The translations under genes were made by a program, and so were the position numbers. A DNA stretch of 64,000 bases from a virus: the IMG/VR virus record IMGVR_UViG_3300046457_000143, positions 1 through 64,000 of that record; one strand, 5' to 3'. The notes under the pieces are model-generated. The model was not told the origin of the DNA, made no database searches, and worked only from the letters and a program-made list of their open reading frames with translations. Shown here piece after piece: positions 1-7,584 of the stretch (the first letter of the stretch is position 1; each line of letters begins with the position of its first letter).

Positions 1-269
1 TAGTTCCCTGGTTCAAGGTCGGGAAGATGTTCTTCCCGGAAGAGATGAAGCATTCCGTCATCATGGGACGGGCGATGGGCCAGATCAAACTGGTTACCCA
101 GTCGGGCATCAAGGGAAAGGACGACTTCGTGGACACCGTGTCCATGCTGGCCTTCCTCAAACCCTGGAAACCTTCCGATTCAGCGCCGGCCACCCCCGAC
201 GAAGTGAGCATCTACGAGGACGAGGAAGAACGCTCGGAACCTAGTGGGCTGTCTTCCTACATCGTGTGA
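1..269 (+). CDS. Terminase large subunit, C-terminal fragment (N4 gp68-like; 5' end outside window)
   Basis: GKDDFVDTVSML is a nuclease-domain 'DD..D' motif; acidic tail ends SSYIV; lies directly upstream of the gp67-like gene as in N4. Confidence 0.85.
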   Translation, partial: VPWFKVGKMFFPEEMKHSVIMGRAMGQIKLVTQSGIKGKDDFVDTVSMLAFLKPWKPSDSAPATPDEVSIYEDEEERSEPSGLSSYIV

Positions 270-276
270 GGTAGAG

Positions 277-981
277 ATGAATATCCAGGAACTGTTTGCC
301 GACCTCTCCTTTGGAGAGTTGTCGAGCCTCACCCTGGCTCAGGAGGGTGCCGGTCTTATCACCGACGCCGGTAAGGAGCGGGTGATCCGCTTTGCCAATG
401 AGGGGCTGCTCAAGCTCTATGCCCGGTACGTCCTGAAACAGAATGATGTGCTCATCGAGACGGTGGACTGGATCACCCAGTATCACCTGCTCAGGAAGTT
501 CGCTGAGTCGTCGGCGGGCACCTCGACCCAGCCGGTCCTGTACATCAAGGATCTGTACCGGGAGCCGTTCCAGGAAGATGTGATCCGCATCCTGAGCGTG
601 TTCAACAGCTACGGCTGCGAGCTTCCGCTGAACGACGAGGGCAACCCACTCTCGGTTTTCACGCCGCAGGGCAATGTGCTCCAGGTGCCGCGCCCGGAAT
701 GCGGGGTGGCCCTGAGTGTCAGCTACCAGGCAAAGCATCGCCTGCTGACACTTGCAGACCTGACCCAGGAGATCGAGCTGCCCGAAGTGCTCAGGCCCGC
801 CTTGCGCGCCTGGATTGCCTCCGGCATTTTTGGTCAGGTCAACACGCAGGAGTCCCAGGCGATGGCACAGGGTCATCTGGCCAGCTATGAGGCTACCTGT
901 AGCGAGGCACTGCAGCAGGATCTGGTGAGTACCAGTACTTCAACCACAAGCAACCGATTCCATAAAAACGGATGGATCTGA
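277..981 (+). CDS. Virion head-tail adaptor (N4 gp67-like)
   Basis: GAGG then ATG at 277; N-terminus LF.DLSFGELS; synteny after terminase. Confidence 0.75.
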   Translation: MNIQELFADLSFGELSSLTLAQEGAGLITDAGKERVIRFANEGLLKLYARYVLKQNDVLIETVDWITQYHLLRKFAESSAGTSTQPVLYIKDLYREPFQEDVIRILSVFNSYGCELPLNDEGNPLSVFTPQGNVLQVPRPECGVALSVSYQAKHRLLTLADLTQEIELPEVLRPALRAWIASGIFGQVNTQESQAMAQGHLASYEATCSEALQQDLVSTSTSTTSNRFHKNGWI

Positions 982-982
982 C

Positions 983-3955
983 ATGAGTTATCGAAATTCG
1001 CTGGACTGTGAGGGTGGCGCTGCGCCCCTTGTCGACAAGATGCTGGGTACCGCCTTTGGGGTGGTGAACAGTGTTGCCCAGAAACTTCCGGTCATCACGT
1101 ACCTGCAGGAGAACATCGACCGGCTGGTGACGGACGTACATACGTCACGGGATGCTGCAGCAGCGTCTGCGGTGACATCGACCCAGGAGGCACAGGCCTC
1201 TGCCGGCAGTGCCGCTGCCTCGCATGATTCGCAGGTTGCGGCAGCCGTTTCCCAGGACGCGTCTCACGCCTCGGAAGTGGCCGCTGGCACCTCGGCAGCA
1301 GCAGCGCACGCCAGTGAGCTGGCCGCAGCAGCAAGTGCAGCCGCTGCAGGCGAATCGTCCGATGCAAGTGCGGCTTCAGCTGCTGCCTCGCAGGCAGCGT
1401 TCAATACCGTGGCCAACGGCACGTCTCCCGACGCCGGTGCACTGTCAGGTACTGACAAGTTGCCACTCAGCCGGGGAGCAGGACTGCTGGGTACCTCGCT
1501 CACGAAGATCGCACAGTGGGTGACCCAGACGTATCAGGGCTTCACACAGAGCGGAACGGGCGCAGTCGCACGAACGGTGCCGGATCGGCTGCGTGATTCC
1601 GTTTCGCTGCGGGATTTTGGTGCAGTGGGTGGTGCAGGTCTGGTGGATGACACGACAGCGCTGAACGTGGCCATTGCCGTAATCCAGGCGATGGCTGCGG
1701 CCCAGAACTCGACCTACCCGCTGCCAGCCATTGATATTCCAGGCGGGCGCTACAAACTCACCGGCACGATCAATACCTACCCATGGGTCAAGTTCCGGGC
1801 GGTCGGCAGTGTGGTGTTCGACTTCAGCACACTGGATCCGTCGATGAACGGGATTGTCTGCCGCAATGAGCAGACTGTTATCCCGGAAGGCCTGATGAAG
1901 TGGGGCACGAATAGTCCTTTCCTCGATGGTTCGGGCGGCTCGATCATGATTCAGGGACCGGGCAAGGTAGCCTCGCAGGGCTGGGCAATCGTGACGGGTA
2001 ATACGACACTCGCCTCTGGTCCGGTACGGGATACAGGCGGTTGCAACGTCATCGTGACTGGCTGGCGTGGGGCACTGCGCATCGACCCGATTAACTGCTA
2101 TCTGCAGAAGTGGAAGTCGTGCCGGTTCGAACAGAACCGGGAAGATTGTGTCTATGTGTCGCCGGCCAGCGGTAACCAGACCAACAGCGGCGAGCGCATG
2201 CTGTTCGAGGATGTCGTGTTCTCTGGCGCGAACAATGCTGTCTACCACAACTGTGATGGCTTCGATTACCAGTTTGTGTCGTGCTCTTTTGACTACAACG
2301 GTACGCCGATCAAGTTCGGCCCGAACGGTCGCTACTCGACGGTACGCCTGATCGGCGGGCATACCGAAGCGTTTGATGGCCTGTTCATCGACGCAACGGC
2401 CTCCGGCCAGTACGTTGCCGCCGTGCTGGCAGGGCATGACGTTCTGGCCACGCCCTGGACATCGGGCCTGCCGTGCTCACCCAGCCGCACGCTGATTGAT
2501 GGCAACCCGGCCAATCCGCTGCGCCTGTCGGTCGACGGGCTGACCATGCCATTCCTCGTGCGGCCGTATGTGCCGGACTCGGCCATTGTTGGCGATGGTG
2601 TGGATATCTACTCCTGCGGCGGCGTCATCTTTCAGTCGTTCTATGCACCGTTCTCCCGTACCAAATCGCTCGGGCGTGACTACGACTTTTCACTCGATGC
2701 AGTTGGGACACTGGCCACCGCCATGACGGCGTGGTTTGTCGACACGACTGCTTTCATCCAGGTCAGCGTGCCGGTTGCTGATGTGCAGGCTGCGCCGGGG
2801 ATGGCGGCAGGCATGCAGGCATTGCACCTTAACGGCACGGATGCGGTGAATTCGCAGATCACGATCGGCACCAAGGCGCTGTCTCCGTGTTCTCCGGGTG
2901 AACCGCTCTATCCGGGGTGTGACTTCTACGGCGGTGCGGCAACGGGTGTGCTGAACGTGCGCCCGTTCCTGCGCTTCTACGATGCGGCAGGCAATCTGCT
3001 GTCCGATAGCAATACGTGGTTCACCTATTCGATGTCTGCGGCTTATGCAGATGCGGCGGTGCCAACGCATGGCTCGCAGGCACAGTGGTTTCCGACCAAC
3101 TACACCGTTGCGTTTGCTCCGAAGAAGGCTGCATTTTTCCGTACCTATGTGAAGGTAAGTGCCTTTTCCGGGGACATTTACCTGCGCAACGTGCGGGCCG
3201 CATTCACGTCAAACCGGTCTGCTGCTGCAGGTACGCCGGCCTTTACCGCTGCTGCCGGATCAATTCCATTTGCAAGTGGCGCCGGCATGCTGCTCTCGGA
3301 CAACACCAATTTCGTCTGGGATGCCACGAACAAGCGTCTTGGGGTGGGTACGAAGAGTCCGGCTGCCCCGCTCAATACGCTGGTGGTAGGGGCGGGTGCG
3401 ACAACTACGGCAACACGCGTGGAGAACTACAGCAACACTGCTGGTACAGGTGTTGCCAGCGAGGAAAATGCGTCAGCGACCTACGGTGCAGTGGGTTACC
3501 GGCGCATTACCTACTCTCCCACTGGTTCGGCAGTCAACCGCCACAAGATCCAGCTCAATGATGGCACAGGTCTGAAGACTGTTCTCGACATGCGGTCGGA
3601 TGGTGTGAACGGTCTGATGGTCGGTGCGGACGGGCCTAACACGAGCACGCTGCAGTCGGCAGGCTCGCTTGCCACGGTACTGCCGCTGTACAAGCTGAAT
3701 GCGACCTACGCACTGGGGCCGAATGACTATTGCGTGCTGGGAGATGGCGCAACCATTTTCCAGCTGCCTGCTATCGCCACCTGCCCTGGCCGGATTTACG
3801 CCATCAAGAATGTCGGTACGGGCACATCCACCATCACGCCTAACGGCGCTGAGACTATCGATGGGACGGCTGGCAATCTCGTCATCTCGGTGAAAAACTC
3901 GGCCGTGATGGTTCAGGCTGCAGCAACAGGCTGGCAAATCATCGGAAAGGTCTGA
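983..3955 (+). CDS. Tailspike/depolymerase, 990 aa
   Basis: N-terminal anchor, then Ala/Ser-rich linker, then FTQSGTGAVARTV..RLRDSVSLRDFGAVG..DDTTAL (typical start of a pectate-lyase-3-like beta-helix), then beta-rich C-terminal domains. Confidence 0.85.
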   Translation: MSYRNSLDCEGGAAPLVDKMLGTAFGVVNSVAQKLPVITYLQENIDRLVTDVHTSRDAAAASAVTSTQEAQASAGSAAASHDSQVAAAVSQDASHASEVAAGTSAAAAHASELAAAASAAAAGESSDASAASAAASQAAFNTVANGTSPDAGALSGTDKLPLSRGAGLLGTSLTKIAQWVTQTYQGFTQSGTGAVARTVPDRLRDSVSLRDFGAVGGAGLVDDTTALNVAIAVIQAMAAAQNSTYPLPAIDIPGGRYKLTGTINTYPWVKFRAVGSVVFDFSTLDPSMNGIVCRNEQTVIPEGLMKWGTNSPFLDGSGGSIMIQGPGKVASQGWAIVTGNTTLASGPVRDTGGCNVIVTGWRGALRIDPINCYLQKWKSCRFEQNREDCVYVSPASGNQTNSGERMLFEDVVFSGANNAVYHNCDGFDYQFVSCSFDYNGTPIKFGPNGRYSTVRLIGGHTEAFDGLFIDATASGQYVAAVLAGHDVLATPWTSGLPCSPSRTLIDGNPANPLRLSVDGLTMPFLVRPYVPDSAIVGDGVDIYSCGGVIFQSFYAPFSRTKSLGRDYDFSLDAVGTLATAMTAWFVDTTAFIQVSVPVADVQAAPGMAAGMQALHLNGTDAVNSQITIGTKALSPCSPGEPLYPGCDFYGGAATGVLNVRPFLRFYDAAGNLLSDSNTWFTYSMSAAYADAAVPTHGSQAQWFPTNYTVAFAPKKAAFFRTYVKVSAFSGDIYLRNVRAAFTSNRSAAAGTPAFTAAAGSIPFASGAGMLLSDNTNFVWDATNKRLGVGTKSPAAPLNTLVVGAGATTTATRVENYSNTAGTGVASEENASATYGAVGYRRITYSPTGSAVNRHKIQLNDGTGLKTVLDMRSDGVNGLMVGADGPNTSTLQSAGSLATVLPLYKLNATYALGPNDYCVLGDGATIFQLPAIATCPGRIYAIKNVGTGTSTITPNGAETIDGTAGNLVISVKNSAVMVQAAATGWQIIGKV

Positions 3956-3960
3956 TCATG

Positions 3961-3981
3961 GGGCTGCCTTCGGGCAGCCTT
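3961..3981 (+). terminator. Hairpin with C(UUCG)G loop after the tailspike; weak terminator or processing stem
   Basis: GGCTGCC-TTCG-GGCAGCC with only a short U tract. Confidence 0.5.
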
Positions 3982-4001
3982 CCTGAACCAGGAAAAAGAA
4001 C

Positions 4002-4331
4002 ATGACAATACTTTTCAAGCGCGGACAGACCTTTGACTTCGCGGGGCAGCTCACGAGCAAGGGCGTGCCGTATCCGCTCGCCGGCTGCACGCTGTATGCG
4101 GATATACGGACCCAGGCGAATTTCGCCTTCGTCCAGCATATGACGTGCACGATCCTGGACCTGACGACTTCGCTGGTCCAGATCTATGCGTCGGACGCGG
4201 ACTCAGCGAAGTGGCGGGCCATGCCACACCTGCTCGATGTCCGGCTGGTCAACGCGGCAGGCAAGGTGCTGATCTCCAACACCGTGGAGATTGACGTACT
4301 CGACACTGTGACGGAGGCCAATACAGCATGA
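4002..4331 (+). CDS. Small beta-sandwich tail protein (BppU N-terminal-like)
   Basis: FKRGQTF...YPLAGCTLYADIR...LLDVRLV pattern; located in tail module. Confidence 0.55.
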   Translation: MTILFKRGQTFDFAGQLTSKGVPYPLAGCTLYADIRTQANFAFVQHMTCTILDLTTSLVQIYASDADSAKWRAMPHLLDVRLVNAAGKVLISNTVEIDVLDTVTEANTA

Positions 4332-5926
4332 GCGATGTACTCGATGATGAGGTGTCCATCGAGTTCACTACGTCAGGACTGGCCGTTGGAGTGGGGACCG
4401 ATCCCGTTGAACTCGGTCTCCAGTCCAGCGTCCTGTCGACAGAACTCGAAGAAGATGCCCTGGTTGCGGAGCTCGTATCCGACAACCTGATCCTCCGTCT
4501 GTACCAGCCGGGTGGTGTCCCGCAACCTGGCGATCCGGGCTCACCTACCGGCCCAGGCGGGGGAGGTCTCACCCCGGCACAGATCGAGCTGATCACCAGG
4601 GCAATCACAGATACTGCTGTCGCAGCTGCGGTGGCCCAGGCACAGATCACGGCCGCCTCGGCTGCCGCTGCAGTACTGCAGGCTGAGGTCGATGCACGCC
4701 TGCTCGCTGACAGCATTATTGAGGCGTCGGTCACGGATGTGTCGGCAGCCCTGCAGACCGAGACCGACTCGACGGCTATCAGCATCCAGACGGTCGGTGC
4801 CCGCATTGATGAGAATGTGGCGGCCCTGCAGGATGAAAAGGTGGCCCGTGCTGACGCCGAGTCCGCTATTGCGCTGCGCATCGACCAGACCGTGGCGGTG
4901 TCGGGCGGCAATACGGCGGCCATCCATGACGAGGTGATTGCCCGTACCGACGCAGATACTGCCATTGGTATGCGTATCGATGTGGTCGTGGCGAATGTCG
5001 GACAGAACACGGCCGATATCGTTACGGAACAGCAGGCGAGAGCCGATGCCGTCAGTGCACTGGCCACGCGGGTTGATACGGTCGAGGCAGAGTCGAATGG
5101 TGTCTCCGCACAGATCACCAGTCTGCAGACGGCCCAGGCCACGCAGAATGCCGCAACGGCCAGTTCGATCAACACACTGACCACGACACTCAATGGTCAC
5201 GCGACCACAATCCAGACACAGCAGCAGTCAATTGATGGTGTGTCGGCGCAGTGGTCCGTCAAGATCGATAACAACGGGATCATCTCCGGGTTCGGCCTGA
5301 CCTCGACGCCGGTCAATGGTGTGCCGGTGACTGATCTGGCTTTCCGGGCGGACAAATTCTCCATCTGGATCCCAGGTTATCCGGGTATTGCCCCCTTCCA
5401 GGTGCAACTGGTGGATGGTGTGCCGCGTGTGACCATGGTCAACGCCATGATTGGCGACGCGACGATCACCAATGCAAAGATCGGCAATGCTGCCATCACC
5501 AACGCCAAGATCGGCAACCTCGAAGTCGACACACTGAAGCTGGGCAACAACTCGGTCACAGTACCGGCCTACATGAGCGGGGTGGGTGGTTCAGGCAACA
5601 TCAACGCAGGGGAGACCAGCGGCATCATTGGTTCCCTCACCGTCAGCTACCCCGTCGACACGTCAGTCGTCGTGCTCTTCAGCTGGCAGTCAATCGTTGG
5701 CGATATCTCGACCGACTCGCGCATCCAGATGAGCATGGATGGCAACTACTTCATCGACGTGGGGAACTCGTCGCAGGATGGTTTCCGCAGCGCCTTCACC
5801 ACCTCGGCCCGTATCTACGTCCCGGCAGGTACCCATACCTTCGCCTTCCGGGGAGCGAACCAGTGGAATGCAGGATGGTGGTCGATTGACCAGTGGTCTG
5901 CCCTGATTCTTGGAGTGATGAAATGA
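4328..5926 (+). CDS. Tail fibre protein with host-specificity-J C-terminal-like (DUF1983-like) region
   Basis: Coiled-coil E..ARADAD.A repeats; AQWSVKIDNNGIISGFGL; FRADKFSI; IGDATITNAKIGNAAITNAKI; ATGA coupling to upstream gene. Confidence 0.75.
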   Translation: MSDVLDDEVSIEFTTSGLAVGVGTDPVELGLQSSVLSTELEEDALVAELVSDNLILRLYQPGGVPQPGDPGSPTGPGGGGLTPAQIELITRAITDTAVAAAVAQAQITAASAAAAVLQAEVDARLLADSIIEASVTDVSAALQTETDSTAISIQTVGARIDENVAALQDEKVARADAESAIALRIDQTVAVSGGNTAAIHDEVIARTDADTAIGMRIDVVVANVGQNTADIVTEQQARADAVSALATRVDTVEAESNGVSAQITSLQTAQATQNAATASSINTLTTTLNGHATTIQTQQQSIDGVSAQWSVKIDNNGIISGFGLTSTPVNGVPVTDLAFRADKFSIWIPGYPGIAPFQVQLVDGVPRVTMVNAMIGDATITNAKIGNAAITNAKIGNLEVDTLKLGNNSVTVPAYMSGVGGSGNINAGETSGIIGSLTVSYPVDTSVVVLFSWQSIVGDISTDSRIQMSMDGNYFIDVGNSSQDGFRSAFTTSARIYVPAGTHTFAFRGANQWNAGWWSIDQWSALILGVMK

Positions 5927-6300
5927 CCGACGAAACACTCGACCCCACAGAGATGGTCGTCTTTCTCAAATACGACGCAACAGGCCGAATCCTGTTCAAG
6001 GGTGAAATACCCCGCAGCATGCTGGAACTGCAGGGGGATAACGTGCTGGAGGGCGATGCCGATGTCTCTCTTGACTGGATCCAGGATGGTGCGAAGGTGC
6101 CCCGTCCTGTGAATCCGGCCACCCTCAGTGGCATGACGCTGGAGAACCTGCCGAGTCCCTGCACGATCACGGTTGAAGGTATCGACCATGCGTCGACCGA
6201 TGCCACCTGTGAACTGTCGTTCAGTCAGCCTGGAATCTACACCGTCAAGGTGGTAGCCTGGCCGATGCTGGACGCTACGTTTGAGGTAACCCAGGCATGA
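5923..6300 (+). CDS. Tail-fibre accessory protein
   Basis: ATGA overlap; YDATGRIL...LENLPSPCTITVEG...PGIYTVKV. Confidence 0.6.
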   Translation: MTDETLDPTEMVVFLKYDATGRILFKGEIPRSMLELQGDNVLEGDADVSLDWIQDGAKVPRPVNPATLSGMTLENLPSPCTITVEGIDHASTDATCELSFSQPGIYTVKVVAWPMLDATFEVTQA

Positions 6301-6488
6301 AGATCCACCATGAAGTTGATCCACGACCACTCCGGAAAAAGGCCTACATGGGCATTGGTGAGCAGCTCGATGCGCTGATGAAGGGCTTTGCTGCACTTCA
6401 GGAAAAGGGCGTGGATCTGCCACCGGAAACGGTTGCCTGGATTGACCACTGCAAATCGGTCAAGGACCGCTTTAAAAAGAAGACTTGA
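6297..6488 (+). CDS. Small tail-fibre chaperone-like protein
   Basis: R.KAY..IGEQLDAL.K...W...C..VK.RF motif common beside fibre genes; ATGA overlap. Confidence 0.6.
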   Translation: MKIHHEVDPRPLRKKAYMGIGEQLDALMKGFAALQEKGVDLPPETVAWIDHCKSVKDRFKKKT

Positions 6489-6498
6489 GGACAAGAAA

Positions 6499-7584
6499 AT
6501 GACGGACGTTATCCCTCCGATTGATGTGCCTTCCGGCACATCCCCGAGCTTTGCCGACTTTCTCGGCTCCAACCCGCATCTGCTGAATCACTCCAGTGGC
6601 AGTGTGGACGGTCTGACAGCACCCCCGGAAGATGGGGATTCTGGTTCTGGTTCGTCGGCAGAGATCGATGCACTCCTCGCCCAGATCTCACCGTCGCCGG
6701 GTGCCAGCAAGATTCCCCGTGCGCGACCATCCGGCACCCTTGCTCCTTCCTGGCTCGACGTTGATGAGATGGCTGCCGCACTCGACGGCAAGGTCGGTGG
6801 AGGTGTCACGCCAGATGAAATGAACGCCGCGGTTGCTGCGGCTGGTGCTTCTGCTACCACGGCAACTCAACGTGCTGCCGATGCAGGTGCCAGCGCGAGC
6901 GCAGCGCATACCAGCGAGCTCAATGCTGCGCAGAGCGCAACGTCACTGTCCGCAGGTCTGGCCTCGTTCAACAAGAACTGGCTCGGCCCCCATGCTACGG
7001 ACCCGGTCACTGACAACCAGGGTCAGCCGCTGATCATCGGCGCACGGTACCAGAACACCACCGGCACGCCCAATGTGATCCGGGTCTACACGTCCACCGG
7101 CTGGCAGGATGAAGATGCGACGGCAGAAGCGGCCAGCGCCAACGCAACGCTGGCTGCAACCCAGGCTGCCTCGTCCGCTGCTGCGGCGTCGGGAAGTGCA
7201 GCTGCGGCGGCTGCCTCGGCTACGATCGCCCTGCGTGGTGTGTCGGCCAACACGCTGACGGCTGCACTGAACCTGGCTGCAGCAATTGGCGCCACGGCCA
7301 GTACCTCGTTCAATCTGGGTACTGCCCTGGGCGCACTGGCGCTGCAGCTGAAGGCCGACAACCAGCTGGTGGGGAACCAGAACTACGAGATCAAGCTCTT
7401 CGACGGCAGTGCGGCCGGCACGCTCCTGTATCAGGCAAGCGGCATCACCGATCAGCACTTCGCAGATAACGCCTGCTTCTTCATTCCGCCGCTCACGTCT
7501 GGCAACCTGTTCGTGCTCGTCACGAACATCGACGCCAATGCGATGACGCTGAACCTGACGATCAAGCTCCTGGGGATCCAATGA
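6499..7584 (+). CDS. Tail fibre/adaptor protein, Ala-rich
   Basis: GAGG then ATG at 6499; WLGPHATDPVTDNQGQPLIIGARY motif of podophage fibres between Ala-rich helical stretches. Confidence 0.6.
   Translation: MTDVIPPIDVPSGTSPSFADFLGSNPHLLNHSSGSVDGLTAPPEDGDSGSGSSAEIDALLAQISPSPGASKIPRARPSGTLAPSWLDVDEMAAALDGKVGGGVTPDEMNAAVAAAGASATTATQRAADAGASASAAHTSELNAAQSATSLSAGLASFNKNWLGPHATDPVTDNQGQPLIIGARYQNTTGTPNVIRVYTSTGWQDEDATAEAASANATLAATQAASSAAAASGSAAAAAASATIALRGVSANTLTAALNLAAAIGATASTSFNLGTALGALALQLKADNQLVGNQNYEIKLFDGSAAGTLLYQASGITDQHFADNACFFIPPLTSGNLFVLVTNIDANAMTLNLTIKLLGIQ

Noticed and set aside
1140-1400. GCA/GCC-rich quasi-repeats in tail genes (also 6830-7260)
   Set aside because: Explained by Ala/Ser-rich fibre linkers; not a DNA repeat array or DGR template/variable pair
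6388-6498. Possible programmed frameshift at TTTAAAAAG joining the 63-aa gene to the downstream fibre frame
   Set aside because: It would need +1/-2 slippage, is not a canonical heptamer in the zero frame, and the downstream gene has its own GAGG RBS and ATG at 6499
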